Source of the DNA: Vulcanimicrobiota bacterium
GTDB taxonomy: Bacteria; Vulcanimicrobiota; Xenobia; Xenobiales; JADMJV01
Assembly: GCA_050250895.1 (NCBI GenBank)
Contig: JBFWNU010000004.1
Coordinates: 699,955 to 763,954 of the forward strand
Reading direction: 5' to 3'
Length of the DNA: 64,000 nucleotides
The notes beneath the pieces are model-generated. The model made no database searches and was not told the DNA's origin. It saw only the letters and a list, made by a program, of their open reading frames with translations. Below are positions 9,185 through 19,238 of this stretch, piece after piece (position 1 is the stretch's first letter; every line of letters begins with the position of its first letter). The translations under genes were made by a program, and so were the position numbers.

Positions 9185-10150
9185 TCAGGTGAACTTCGAG
9201 AGGTAGTTGTAGCCGAAGTGACTGCCCGTGTCGTCGATGACGGTCATGTTGGGGTTGTCGGTGAAGATATCGTGGGTGAGAAACTCTTTGCCCAGCAGCT
9301 TGCGCGGCTCGAGGCCAAGTTGGGGGGCGGTTCGCGACAGCGACTTCCAGACCAGTTCGGCGCAGCCGAAGCCGTCGTCGCTGCCCTCGCCGCGCAGTTT
9401 GTACATCAGGTCGAAGCCTTTGCCCACATGAGTGCGGGCCTCGGCCACGGCGGCCTGAGCTTGCTCCTGGTCGCGATAGGCCGGGCGTAAAATCTTGACG
9501 TGCTCGTTCTCGCCCATCACTATGGCGGCGGGGCGCTCGATCACGCCACATTCAATCAGGCTGTCCACGGCCTGACCGTCACCGGCATAGAGGCCGACAT
9601 GGACCCAGGAAGGGTTCGAGCCGGTCAGGCCGCCCATCACCTCGAGGTCGAGCCAGGTGTCCGAGTTGGTCACGATGACATCACCCGGTTCCATCTTGTC
9701 GAGCATCTGCTGCACACGCTCGGCGCTGGGGCGGGGGTGCGAAGTGTAACTGGGATCCCAGAGCTTCTTGGGCAGCGAGCCGAGGGTGAAGCCTTTCGTC
9801 TCGTCCTGCATTCGGGGCGAGAAGACATCGAGGCCGAGGCCGTCCATGGCCGCGCCCAGGCCGGTGCCGACCACCCCTCCGACCATTCCCCCCACCATCC
9901 GGCCAACCGGGAAAACGCCCTCGAAACGGCGGCTCTTGAACTCGACATAGACCCCGGTGGCAAAGCCCGCCACCGCGCCCGCCACTTTGGCTGCCGGCCC
10001 AAAACTGTCGCACAGTTCGGCTCCGAGCTTGGCCGTCACGAAGGGTACGGCCAGACGTGTGACCAGCGAACCGGTAGCTGCACCAAGACTGCCCATCGCC
10101 TTGCGATTGACGTGGCGGGCCGGAGAAGAGGCCTGATTCTGGATTCTCAT
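9185..10150 (-). CDS. Permuted papain-like (YiiX/YebB-type NlpC/P60) amidase with N-terminal glycine-zipper region
   Basis: PGDVIVT, WVHVGLY and FGCAELVW (His before Cys, permuted order); ATG 10150 preceded by -10 TAAACT. Confidence 0.85.
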   Translation of the reverse strand: MRIQNQASSPARHVNRKAMGSLGAATGSLVTRLAVPFVTAKLGAELCDSFGPAAKVAGAVAGFATGVYVEFKSRRFEGVFPVGRMVGGMVGGVVGTGLGAAMDGLGLDVFSPRMQDETKGFTLGSLPKKLWDPSYTSHPRPSAERVQQMLDKMEPGDVIVTNSDTWLDLEVMGGLTGSNPSWVHVGLYAGDGQAVDSLIECGVIERPAAIVMGENEHVKILRPAYRDQEQAQAAVAEARTHVGKGFDLMYKLRGEGSDDGFGCAELVWKSLSRTAPQLGLEPRKLLGKEFLTHDIFTDNPNMTVIDDTGSHFGYNYLSKFT

Positions 10151-10160
10151 GAGATCCAGT

Positions 10161-11306
10161 TTAGGGGTCGCGACTGAAAAGTATCTGAACGGCCGAGGCC
10201 AGCCGTTGATAGTCGTCGAGAGTGTTGTAGGCAAAGGCTGAAAGGCGCAAGATGCCGGTGGGCCCGAAGGGACTGGCGTAGCTATCGAGGGCGAACTCGT
10301 CGTAGAGATGGCGATAGAGATCTCGATAGGGTCGGGGCAGGGGGATGGCTGCCAGGGTTCCCAGCATGGAATCGGGAGCCGGGGCCGGCTGCCCGAAGAC
10401 CTCGAGGAGGAGGTCGCGGCCGGCCAGCACCAGTTGATGGCAGTCACGGCGCAGGTTGGTCCAGCCGAACTCGCTCTCGAGCAGGGTCAGCGAACGAGGG
10501 GCGGCCAGCCAGGCGGTCGGGTCGAAGGTTCCGGGCCAATCAAAGTTCTCGAGAAAGGGAGAGCGTTGGCGAGGGGAGTTGAAACCGTGGCTGATCACCG
10601 GGGGGACCAGCCCGGGTTGACCTTCGGGATGGACCCAGAGCACCGCCGCTCCTTTGGGGGCACAACACCATTTGTGGAGGTTGCCGGTGTAATAGCTCAC
10701 TCCGGCTTGACCGAGGGCCTCCAGGTCGAGTTCGAGCATGCCCGGCGCATGGGCCCCATCGACCAGCACGGCCACCTTGCGCGCGGCCAGTTCGCGAGCC
10801 AGCGCCTCGATGGGAAAGACCAGACCGGTGGGGCTGGTGACGTGGTCGAGCATGACCAGGCGGGTGCGCGGGGTGAGCGAGCCGAGCACCGCCTCGATGA
10901 CCTGCTCGGGCCCCTTGCAGGGGAAGGGAATGCGAGCCACCGAGAGTTTGAGACGGTAGCGCTGGGCCAGGTAGCAGGCCACATTGTTGCAGGCGTTATA
11001 GCCGTGATTGGTGATGACCAATTCATCGTCGGGCCGCCAATCTAGCGAACGCAAGACGGCATTGACCCCGCTGGTGGCGTTGGTGACGAAGGCTAGATTG
11101 TGGGGTTGCGAGCCGAGAAAGTGGGCCACCTCGAGGCGAGCCGACTCGAGCAGCTCGGGCAACTGGCGCAGCATGAAATCGGCCGGACTGGCTTCAAGCC
11201 GGCCACGCAGTTCGGCCTGATAGTCGAGAACGGCGGTGGGGCAGGCTCCGAAAGAACCATGATTGAGAAACGTCAGAGCGGGGTCGAGCGACCACAGTGA
11301 ACCCAT
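10161..11306 (-). CDS. PLP-dependent class V aminotransferase (isopenicillin-N-epimerase/cysteine desulfhydrase-like)
   Basis: FLNHGSFGA, NATSG, DHVTSPTG, VDGAHAPG, GNLHKW and WPGTFD motifs. Confidence 0.9.
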   Translation of the reverse strand: MGSLWSLDPALTFLNHGSFGACPTAVLDYQAELRGRLEASPADFMLRQLPELLESARLEVAHFLGSQPHNLAFVTNATSGVNAVLRSLDWRPDDELVITNHGYNACNNVACYLAQRYRLKLSVARIPFPCKGPEQVIEAVLGSLTPRTRLVMLDHVTSPTGLVFPIEALARELAARKVAVLVDGAHAPGMLELDLEALGQAGVSYYTGNLHKWCCAPKGAAVLWVHPEGQPGLVPPVISHGFNSPRQRSPFLENFDWPGTFDPTAWLAAPRSLTLLESEFGWTNLRRDCHQLVLAGRDLLLEVFGQPAPAPDSMLGTLAAIPLPRPYRDLYRHLYDEFALDSYASPFGPTGILRLSAFAYNTLDDYQRLASAVQILFSRDP

Positions 11307-11400
11307 CGTGGTCCATTCTGGCGACCATCGACTTCCCCTCTCCAGCAAAACAGAAGGAGGATGAATTCACTCTGAGGAAACCAGTGGATGGAGGTTGATG

Positions 11401-11775
11401 ATGAGAGAAACCGTGGGCTCGCTCAAAGCGTATTTCATTCTGGTCGGCGTTCTAGGCGGACTGGGTAGCCTGGTCAGGCTCGGGACTGCCGTCGAGGTCG
11501 GCAACCTCAACGGCGGCGGCATCCTCGTGTTTCTGATGGCAATGGCCGTCATCCAGGGGGTGCTCGCCCTGGGCTATCTCTACATGGGCTTCCAGCTCCC
11601 CACTCTGCTCAGCCAGAAACCCCACCTTCCCATGCGTATCGCAGGAGCGGCCATCATCCTGTCTGCCCTGACCTTCAACATCATCGGCGTGTTGCTCAAC
11701 GTCTACATCTGGTATCAGCTCAAACGGCTCGCCACCGAGTCCGACGGCCAGGTCGAGCAGCAGGTGTTGCGATAG
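11401..11775 (+). CDS. Small integral membrane protein
   Basis: About four TM segments; SD GGAGG upstream. Confidence 0.7.
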   Translation: MRETVGSLKAYFILVGVLGGLGSLVRLGTAVEVGNLNGGGILVFLMAMAVIQGVLALGYLYMGFQLPTLLSQKPHLPMRIAGAAIILSALTFNIIGVLLNVYIWYQLKRLATESDGQVEQQVLR

Positions 11776-12926
11776 AGCTTGAGGACCTTCTAGACGAGGC
11801 CCGGGGGGCGGGCCGAATCGACTCGTCGGGCAGTTTCACCGTCGACCTGCAGGCGGCGATTTCCAAGCTCCGCTCATACCAGGTCGAGAACCCTTATCAC
11901 TACGTCAACCGCCTGATTCGCACCGCCTATCTCGTCGGCAGCCCCTGCGTGGATGTGGCCAGCAAAGCCGCCCGCACCCGCGTTCACTTTCCTCTGGCCG
12001 CCATCGACCCGGCGCAGCTAGAACAACTGCTCGAGCAAATGTTCCAGGCTCAGAATCCCGCCGCCAAAGCTCTGGCCGACGCCACCAATCTAGCCCTCGG
12101 GCTTGAGGATGAACGGGTGGAACTGAGCCTCGACAATGGCGAACGAGCTCGCTTGATGGTGGTCGACCACGGTCAGGTCGAGGTTTACGAGATCCGTCCC
12201 GAAGGTATGGGCACCACCTTCCAGTTGCGACGCTCGACGGGCTCCAAGCTAGCGACTCTGGCCACCAACTCGCCTGAGTATATAGCCGTGGTGCGCCGCT
12301 TTCGCTATAGTCCGCTCGCGATCAGCATCAATGGTCAGAGTCCGCCTCGGGAAGTGGGTTGGGGGGCACCCCCCAAGAAAAACGGGCCCAAGTTTTTCGT
12401 GCGAGCCGGCTTCTTCAAGTCCCACCGCCTTTGCGTTGAGCATCATGCGGTCGAGGTGCGATACTACAGCGAAGACGAGGCCGGCAACGGGCTCGGACTA
12501 CTGCCTTCTACGGCCACGGGGCTGGCCCGGCTCGGTCCTCAGTCGAGCGGCGAGCTCGATCGCTGTCAACTTGCCATTGGTCTGGCCATCGACCCGGCCC
12601 AACCTTCTACCATCGCCTGGGTCTATTGTGGCGAGACCCTTCAGACCTTTCCGGTGGAGCTGCCGGCTCCAGGACTGCAACTATTGGTGTCGGCCAGCGA
12701 TCTCAATCTGGATCTGACCGGAGAGAAGCTGGTGCAAGACGAGACCTTTCGAGACCGATGGGACTTCGCCAAGACCAGGGCTCGCGAACTGGTCGAGGCT
12801 CTGCGACGAGCCTATCCCGATACACGCGAGCGCAACCTGGCCAGGCAAGCGTTTCTTGACGAACAAGTGCGTTGGCGCCCTTTCCTCGAGGCCGACTTCC
12901 AGAGTTTTTTAAGCGACTCCGGCTAG
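11772..12926 (+). CDS. Hypothetical protein (DSxGxFTVD...KL...Q N-terminal family), probable non-canonical ATA start
   Basis: The frame is open upstream of the listed GTG 11949, giving IELEDLLDEARGAGRIDSSGSFTVDLQAAISKLRSYQ. ATA at 11772 overlaps the upstream TAG. Confidence 0.6.
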   Translation: MELEDLLDEARGAGRIDSSGSFTVDLQAAISKLRSYQVENPYHYVNRLIRTAYLVGSPCVDVASKAARTRVHFPLAAIDPAQLEQLLEQMFQAQNPAAKALADATNLALGLEDERVELSLDNGERARLMVVDHGQVEVYEIRPEGMGTTFQLRRSTGSKLATLATNSPEYIAVVRRFRYSPLAISINGQSPPREVGWGAPPKKNGPKFFVRAGFFKSHRLCVEHHAVEVRYYSEDEAGNGLGLLPSTATGLARLGPQSSGELDRCQLAIGLAIDPAQPSTIAWVYCGETLQTFPVELPAPGLQLLVSASDLNLDLTGEKLVQDETFRDRWDFAKTRARELVEALRRAYPDTRERNLARQAFLDEQVRWRPFLEADFQSFLSDSG

Positions 12927-12936
12927 TCTCTTCCCT

Positions 12937-15900
12937 ATGCAGGTAGGGAATCTCACTTCATCCATCGTCTCCGTACGCCGAGCCGCCGCTAACGCCAGCA
13001 GCGACGGCCTGGCGGCCTCTGAAGAAGCCGCCTTTTCGACCTTTCTCGAGTATGGGGAAGGTCTCGACAGCCTCTCGCGCCCCGAGTATGCTCGCAGCCT
13101 GGCCTGGCTTTCTCGGCAGCAGCTCGACGCCGGCAAGCCTTTTGCTACCTATCAGGGTCTGGTCGAAGGCAAGCTCGAGACCGTCGAAGTCAAGTATCAC
13201 GACCTCGTCGTGGGCAAGTTCGTGCCCGACTTGCTGGCCAAGCCCGAGAGTCTCGAGAAGATGCTCAAACCCGTGGCCACCAGTCTGGCCAGACTCGACG
13301 CTGCCAGCGCCAAAGCTCTGGCCGGCGAGCACGCGACGAGCCTGGTGGAACGGGCCAACTATCTAGCCGGACTGTGTCAGCGCCTGCCTTCGGCCAGCGC
13401 CCAGGCTCTTTACCAGGCGGTAGCCGCCCAACCCGACTGGTCGCAGGCGACCGGGTTCGGGACCGCTCTCCTTGACGCTCGTCCCGATGCCCCCGGCACC
13501 GAATGGGCCAAAGCCTTCGCGCATCAGGCCGAATTGGCCAAATGGCCGGGCAATCTGCAAGCGGCCGCCCAGGCTCTCTATCTGAAGACCTTCGCCGCCA
13601 CCGGCCAGGCCGACAAGGCCAATCAAGAAATGGCCCGCTGGCAACCTGCCCTGACCAGCCTGGCCCGGCCCGAGTTGGCAACGAGCCTGGTAGGATTGGC
13701 CGGCTCGGGTCTGGAGCCGGCCCGGGTGACCGAGACCCTGCAAGCCCTTAGTCCCTCAGGGCAAGACGCTCGTGTGATCGACTTCGAGAGGCTCAACGCC
13801 GGCCTTCAAGACGGCACGGCCAGCTGGAGCTTATTGGAAAAGCTCGAAACTCGGCCCCGCAACTGGGTCAAGTCAGCGCCCGACGCCGTGGCTCTGGCCA
13901 CTCAGCTTTGTCCCGACGCCCAGGAGCGCTGGCAACTGGCCGCCCGCATTCTCGAATCGAACTCGGCCAAATGGTTGGGCGAGCTCGTTGGCCAGCCCAG
14001 CCAGTTGTTCGAAGCTCAACAGCCCTGGGCCTATGCCCGCACGGCCGCCGGCCTCGGCTGGACCGAGAGTCCCAACGGCAACTATGCTCCCAACCTGAAC
14101 ACCAGTTTGACGACTCCAGCCATCGACCTGGCCGGACTCCAGTCGCCGCGGGTCGAGCTGCGCTACCAGTGCGCGACCGAGGCCGGCTCGGATCGATGCC
14201 ACCTGGAAGTGGCCGGAGAAGATGGCCAGTGGAAGTCACTGGGCTCCATGACCGGCAAGGTCTCGAACGGCTTTCAAGAGACCGAACTGTCCGAGTTCAA
14301 AGACCAGAAGGTCCGTCTGCGCCTACGCTTTAGCAGCGACAGCTCGAATCAGGGCGACGGGTTTCTGCTCGAGCATATGGCGGTTTCGGGCCGAACCGAG
14401 CAGGGCCAGTCCGTTCCGTTCTGGTATTCGGCCGGGCCTCGCGAGACGGCCGATGTGCTCGACCGTTACGCCAGCCTGGGCGCCAGCCAGCGGACCGACT
14501 ATCTGGCCGGCCTCAAAAGGCTGATGGAGAGCGTCGAACGGCCCGAAGCCGCTCTGGCTCTCAGTGGAGCCGTGACCGGCAACCCTGGTGACCCCGGCTA
14601 TGTCGACGAGTGCGGGAGGCTGGGTCAACTGGCCCGGCTGACCGACCTTTCGCCCGCCATCGAGCTGTGGCCAGGCCTGCACGACCGCCCTTCGGCCGAC
14701 CTGGCTCGCCTGGGCTCGCTGTGCCGGCGGGCCTGGAGCGACCAACCCTCGCGAGAGGCGGGTCTGCAACGCCTGGCCCTGGCCAATCTGACCAGCGGGC
14801 AACTCGAGCGCCTCGAGCGGCTGGCCGATTCTACCGACGCCTTGCTCGCTGGATGGACGGTGCCGGTGGGCAGCTGGGGCTGGGAGCGCGATCCTGACCA
14901 CGGACTGGTGCTGGCCGACAGCCCCGGAGGCAACTACGGCAACAATCAGGACCTCGCGCTGGTCTCGCCCGAGTTGACCATTCCGGCCGAACTGCCTCGC
15001 CTGTCCTTCGAACGAGCTTACGTGATTGAAAATGGCGGCGACAAGGTCCACCTGGAGTTCTGTCCCGTGGGCGGAGAATGGAGTCCGCTTCGCACCTACA
15101 CCGGCAAGTCCGACTGGCAGCAGGAGAGCTTGAACCTGGCCAGCCTGGCCGGACGCAAAGGACGCCTTCGTCTGCGCCTGACCACCGATTCCAGCAACGT
15201 TTATGACGGCATCAAGCTCGCGGGACTGCGCTTGACCGGGGCCCACGACGAGCGCCCCATCGAAATGCCCTCGGGCGGAGTCAGCCTGGGCGAAGTGCTT
15301 GATTCCGTGAGTCGCACCAAGCCCGAGGCCCGAGAAGAGCTGCTGGCCAAACTCGAATTGCTGACGCCGCTGGCCGGCGAAGTGGGCCTGGCCATGCGGG
15401 TGATGGAGAGCGGTGGTGACTCGGAAACAGTGGCCATGGCCCGCCGTTTCGGCAGCCAGACCGCCCTGGAACTGAGCCGAGAATTTCCGGGGTTGTCCGA
15501 GCGCTCGGCTCGGCTGGCCGAGCGTCTTCACCGCTGCCTGGGCGAGCGGCCCGAACCGACCTATTGGGGCGAGACCGCCCGTCAGCTCGACGCCCATCCC
15601 GAATGGCTCGAACCGCTCGAGGAGCTGGTCGGTCCCGAGCCGGCCGCGGCCAACCTTCACAGCGGTTGGGGATTGGAGCGCGCCCCTGAGCTGGGGCTCG
15701 TATGGAGCGACAGTCCCGGGCGCAACTACGCCGACAACACCGACAACAGCCTGGAGTTGGAGCCACTCTCGTTGTGGGGGAAAAGCCAGGGCAAGCTGTC
15801 GTTTGAACTCACCAGCGCTCTCGAGAAAGACGGCGACAAGCTGCTGGTCGAGGCGGCCACCCACGGGGGCGCCTGGAGCACCCTCGAGAAGTTCACCGGC

Positions 15901-16728
15901 AACCAGCCCTGGCAACGACACACCGTCGACTTGTCTCCCTTTGACGGGCAGAAGTTTCGACTGCGCTTTCGCCTGGTCAGCGACAGCAGCAAGAACTTCG
16001 ACGGAGTCAAGCTCAATCGCATTCGGGTCGAGGCCCAGGACAGCCGGGGCAATCCCGAGCGCCTTTTCAACTTCGAGCCCGGCTCGCCGCACATGGTCGA
16101 CTTGTTGGACGCCCTGCGAGCTGACCGCGGCCTCAAGAACAGCGCCGCCCATCTCGAGGTGCTCAGAGGGATCAGCGCCGACCTGGGAGGCTTTAGCCAG
16201 GCCGTGAGCTTGTGGCCGGTGGTCGAGAAGAGTCTGGAACATCCCCAGGGCGAAGCCGCCTTGACGGCCGTGCAAAAGCTGGCCCAGCGAGCCGGTGTGG
16301 CCATGACCAGTCAGTTGGCCCCGGCCGTGCTCTCGCAGCCCCAGATTACTCCGGAGATGAGCGAGCGCCTGGGCAATCTCGGCGAAGCCGCCCAGGGGTT
16401 GGGGCTCGAATCCAGTTTACTGCAGTGGCTGGCCGGCCGCGTGTTGCTCGAGCCCGACACGGCCAAACTCAAAGGGTTGCTGAGCAACCTTGGTCACGAC
16501 CAGGCCACCGAGATCCTCACCGCCTTGCAAGCCAAAGCCAGGGTCCTGGAGGGAAGGGTGACCCTGGCCGAGGCCCTGGGGCGGCTGGCCGTGCTGCGCC
16601 TGGCCTCGGAGAACAGCACCACCGCTCAACTGCTAGATTCCCTCTTCGCCGAACTTTCCCGCACCGACTTCGAGCGGGGCGAAGACTGGCTGCAGGTGGG
16701 CGATCAGGTGGTACCGGTGCGCGAGTGA
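12937..16728 (+). CDS. Large protein with three MAM/immune-inhibitor-A-like jelly-roll domains
   Basis: Three copies of (W)xDSPxGNY...L.(S/T)P..L...E.G.D...LE....W..L..(F/Y)TG...LR(L/F)RLxSDSS..DG separated by helical regions. Confidence 0.75.
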   Translation: MQVGNLTSSIVSVRRAAANASSDGLAASEEAAFSTFLEYGEGLDSLSRPEYARSLAWLSRQQLDAGKPFATYQGLVEGKLETVEVKYHDLVVGKFVPDLLAKPESLEKMLKPVATSLARLDAASAKALAGEHATSLVERANYLAGLCQRLPSASAQALYQAVAAQPDWSQATGFGTALLDARPDAPGTEWAKAFAHQAELAKWPGNLQAAAQALYLKTFAATGQADKANQEMARWQPALTSLARPELATSLVGLAGSGLEPARVTETLQALSPSGQDARVIDFERLNAGLQDGTASWSLLEKLETRPRNWVKSAPDAVALATQLCPDAQERWQLAARILESNSAKWLGELVGQPSQLFEAQQPWAYARTAAGLGWTESPNGNYAPNLNTSLTTPAIDLAGLQSPRVELRYQCATEAGSDRCHLEVAGEDGQWKSLGSMTGKVSNGFQETELSEFKDQKVRLRLRFSSDSSNQGDGFLLEHMAVSGRTEQGQSVPFWYSAGPRETADVLDRYASLGASQRTDYLAGLKRLMESVERPEAALALSGAVTGNPGDPGYVDECGRLGQLARLTDLSPAIELWPGLHDRPSADLARLGSLCRRAWSDQPSREAGLQRLALANLTSGQLERLERLADSTDALLAGWTVPVGSWGWERDPDHGLVLADSPGGNYGNNQDLALVSPELTIPAELPRLSFERAYVIENGGDKVHLEFCPVGGEWSPLRTYTGKSDWQQESLNLASLAGRKGRLRLRLTTDSSNVYDGIKLAGLRLTGAHDERPIEMPSGGVSLGEVLDSVSRTKPEAREELLAKLELLTPLAGEVGLAMRVMESGGDSETVAMARRFGSQTALELSREFPGLSERSARLAERLHRCLGERPEPTYWGETARQLDAHPEWLEPLEELVGPEPAAANLHSGWGLERAPELGLVWSDSPGRNYADNTDNSLELEPLSLWGKSQGKLSFELTSALEKDGDKLLVEAATHGGAWSTLEKFTGNQPWQRHTVDLSPFDGQKFRLRFRLVSDSSKNFDGVKLNRIRVEAQDSRGNPERLFNFEPGSPHMVDLLDALRADRGLKNSAAHLEVLRGISADLGGFSQAVSLWPVVEKSLEHPQGEAALTAVQKLAQRAGVAMTSQLAPAVLSQPQITPEMSERLGNLGEAAQGLGLESSLLQWLAGRVLLEPDTAKLKGLLSNLGHDQATEILTALQAKARVLEGRVTLAEALGRLAVLRLASENSTTAQLLDSLFAELSRTDFERGEDWLQVGDQVVPVRE

Positions 16729-17645
16729 CAGATGCAGTCGACCATCATTTGATAGCTCATCTGGCTGTAGCCACCGCTGGGTAGAACCAGCAGCGGCCAA
16801 CCTCGCGCACGAACCGAGCGAATCACGAACAGATCGCGCTCGAGCACCCCCGCGCGGCTGACCTCTAAGCCGCCCAGCATATCGTGTTCGTAGATGTCGG
16901 TGCCGGCGTTGTAGATGACCAGACCCGCTTGCGGGACCCGGTCGAGAAACGGCCCCAGCTGCTCTTTGAGGGTCTCGAGATAGATCTCGTCCTGGCTGCC
17001 GGGGTCGAGGGGAAAATCGGCGTCGATGCGCTGGCTGGCCTGCTCGTCGCCGACCGGATACGTCTTGCCATTGTAGATGTCGAAGATATGCACCTCGGGA
17101 TCGTCGCGAAAGACATAGCAGACGCCGTTGCCCTGATGCGCGTCGAGATCGATGTAGAGCACCGGTCCCGTGAGCAGGCCCTCGGCTCGCAGCTTGAGCA
17201 CGCAATAGCCGATATCGTTGAAGAGGCAGAACCCCTCGCCCTGGGCCGGTTTGGCGTGGTGGTAGCCGCCCGAAAGGTTGAAGGCCAGCCCATGAGCCAG
17301 AGCCTCGCGCCCGGCCAGCAAGGTGCCGGCGCAGGCAATGCGCATGGGCCCCAGCACGATGCGGTTGAGGATAAAGCGAGGTAACAACGCTAGCAGAGGG
17401 ATCTCGAGCACCCGAGCGATGTCCAGCGAGCGCCGCAAGCTGGCCAGGTAGTCAGGCTGGTGCACCAGTTCGAGTTCGGCATCACTCAACGGCTGCTCGG
17501 GCTGGCACACCGACCCGTCGAAATCGGCGCCCAGCCGCTCGCGCAAAAGCTCGAAGGCTCGTCGAGGCCGCTGAAAATCGAAGGGATGCAAGAATTGCAG
17601 GCCCCAAAACCCCATCGAGAAATTGGGGTGATAAATGATCCTCAA
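16704..17645 (-). CDS. Histone deacetylase family protein (class IV/HDAC11-like)
   Basis: HPFD, GGYHHA, GFCLFND, IDLDAHQGNG, YNAGTD and SGGY motifs. Confidence 0.92.
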   Translation of the reverse strand: MRIIYHPNFSMGFWGLQFLHPFDFQRPRRAFELLRERLGADFDGSVCQPEQPLSDAELELVHQPDYLASLRRSLDIARVLEIPLLALLPRFILNRIVLGPMRIACAGTLLAGREALAHGLAFNLSGGYHHAKPAQGEGFCLFNDIGYCVLKLRAEGLLTGPVLYIDLDAHQGNGVCYVFRDDPEVHIFDIYNGKTYPVGDEQASQRIDADFPLDPGSQDEIYLETLKEQLGPFLDRVPQAGLVIYNAGTDIYEHDMLGGLEVSRAGVLERDLFVIRSVRARGWPLLVLPSGGYSQMSYQMMVDCICHSRTGTT

Positions 17646-18854
17646 TCAGCCCAGGGCCGGGCAGCAGGGGGCCGAGGTGACCTCGAGCACCACCCGCAGA
17701 TTGGCGTCCAAGAACTGGTAGTGTTTCCGGATGCCGACATCCCAGGATTGATGGGTCTCGTCGAGCAGCTTGGACTGCAGGCGGACCCGCAGCAAGGTCA
17801 CCGGAGCACCATCGTGACAGAAAAAGTCGCGCACGGTGCGGCAGTCAGGAAAGGCCAGCGGCTGGTCGTCGCCCCCGGGCGAGCGCATCATCACCACCAG
17901 GGTCTCTTGCTCGAGTTCCCAGGCGTAGCCCCGCAAAGTAGCATTGATCGGAATATCGGTATAGCCGTCGCCCGGCACCGGGTCGGGAGCGACCTGAGGG
18001 ATCGGCGGAGCCACCGCTTCGGTCGGGGCCGGCGGAGCCTCGGGTGCGGTGGGCAGGGGCGGAGGCGTTGGGGGAGCCGTCGGGATCGGGGGCGGCGGTG
18101 GTGGAGGTGGAGGTGGTGGCGGCGGGGCCGCCGCCCGGTCGATGGCCCCGAGGTTCAAGCGCGACTTCTGGTCGGCCTTGGCCACCGGCTCGGAAGGAGG
18201 CGGAGGCAGCGGCACATCGCGCCGATTGGCGCCATCGTCGCGCAACATGTTGGCGCTCTCGAGCAAGGAGCGCAGGTCGGCGTGGGCGGCTGACTCGAAG
18301 AACTGACCCATGACCGAGAGCTTATGCTCGAGGTCGGGGTTATCGGGCTTGAACATGAGACCGGCTCGATAGCGGGCCCGGTCACCCATCCCTCTGCACC
18401 AGCGAACCTCGGCCGGAGTGGTGATGGGGGCCAGGTCGTGGCGGTCGAATTCCATGGTAAGGGTGACCAGGGAGCCCACGGCCACATTGGCATCCACCTC
18501 GATCTGCAGTCCGGTGGCACTGACATCGAGGGTCATGGCGCGAAAGCCGGGCAATTGGGGAGAACGCACCCGAATACTGAGTTCTTTGCGGGCTGCTCCG
18601 CGTAGCCGCTCGCCGGTGACCGTTTCGCCGACCGCCCCTTCTACCAGGCGGCTGACATAGACGTAGCCCTCATCAGCATGGGGTCGCGAACTCTGGACCA
18701 TCACGTCGAGCTTGGCCAGATTGTTTGACCCTGGCGGAATAGCCACCCGGACGGTGACCCTGCTGCCGTCTTTGAACTTCTTGGCAGAACGGAATACCAG
18801 TTGCCGCTCGCTGAGTTCTACCAGGTCTACTTTCGCCTTCAGAAAGTCGAGCAC
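17646..18854 (-). CDS. PilZ-domain protein with proline-rich linker
   Basis: RGAAR (RxxxR) and DVSATG (DxSxxG) c-di-GMP motifs; AEVRWCR...YRAGL; poly-Pro tract. Confidence 0.85.
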   Translation of the reverse strand: MLDFLKAKVDLVELSERQLVFRSAKKFKDGSRVTVRVAIPPGSNNLAKLDVMVQSSRPHADEGYVYVSRLVEGAVGETVTGERLRGAARKELSIRVRSPQLPGFRAMTLDVSATGLQIEVDANVAVGSLVTLTMEFDRHDLAPITTPAEVRWCRGMGDRARYRAGLMFKPDNPDLEHKLSVMGQFFESAAHADLRSLLESANMLRDDGANRRDVPLPPPPSEPVAKADQKSRLNLGAIDRAAAPPPPPPPPPPPPPIPTAPPTPPPLPTAPEAPPAPTEAVAPPIPQVAPDPVPGDGYTDIPINATLRGYAWELEQETLVVMMRSPGGDDQPLAFPDCRTVRDFFCHDGAPVTLLRVRLQSKLLDETHQSWDVGIRKHYQFLDANLRVVLEVTSAPCCPALG

Positions 18855-18869
18855 GTGATGATTCTCCCT

Positions 18870-19238
18870 TTAACTCGAAACTCGCTGCCGAATCTGATCG
18901 AGTTCATCGGCGCCAATGCCTAGTTTGACCGCCAGCGTCCCGAGATACTTCATCTCGCCATCGTCGAGATGCCCATCGGCAAACGAAAGCGAGACCAGCA
19001 TCTCGATGGCCTCGAGGCGGCTGGCGTGATCAGGAAGGACCGACTCGAGATCGGCCTCGATCTGTTGACCCGAGCCAGAAAGACCGGCGTCGAGACTCTG
19101 AATCTTGTCAATGAGAGAAACCCCGAGTTCATCGGCGAACCGGGCTATCATCGACGACTCTTCGGGAACCACTTCACCATCTGCCCAGGCCATGTTGATC
19201 AGGGCCCTCAGTATCTGTCGCTGTCGATCGTCCACCAT
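18870..19238 (-). CDS. TerB-like protein
   Basis: Two (A)xADGxxxxxE motifs (MAWADGEVVPEE, SFADGHLDDGE); SD GGAGG. Confidence 0.85.
   Translation of the reverse strand: MVDDRQRQILRALINMAWADGEVVPEESSMIARFADELGVSLIDKIQSLDAGLSGSGQQIEADLESVLPDHASRLEAIEMLVSLSFADGHLDDGEMKYLGTLAVKLGIGADELDQIRQRVSS

Noticed and set aside
7315-9551. Long ORFs on both strands across the array (e.g. 7729..9192, 8046..8801)
   Set aside because: Unit lengths shift frame, so the same DNA yields all three peptides. Stop codons are absent only because of extreme GC content.
10161-11306. Beta-lactam biosynthesis (cefD)
   Set aside because: The family is widespread, and no other cephalosporin genes are present.
14323-16275. 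650-aa minus-strand ORF and similar long shadows (2037..3170, 24279..25616, 33651..35075, 50723..52309)
   Set aside because: They are antisense to genes with clear family motifs, a typical high-GC artefact.
18060-18130. GGY/GGA repeat tract
   Set aside because: Explained by the poly-proline linker of the PilZ protein.
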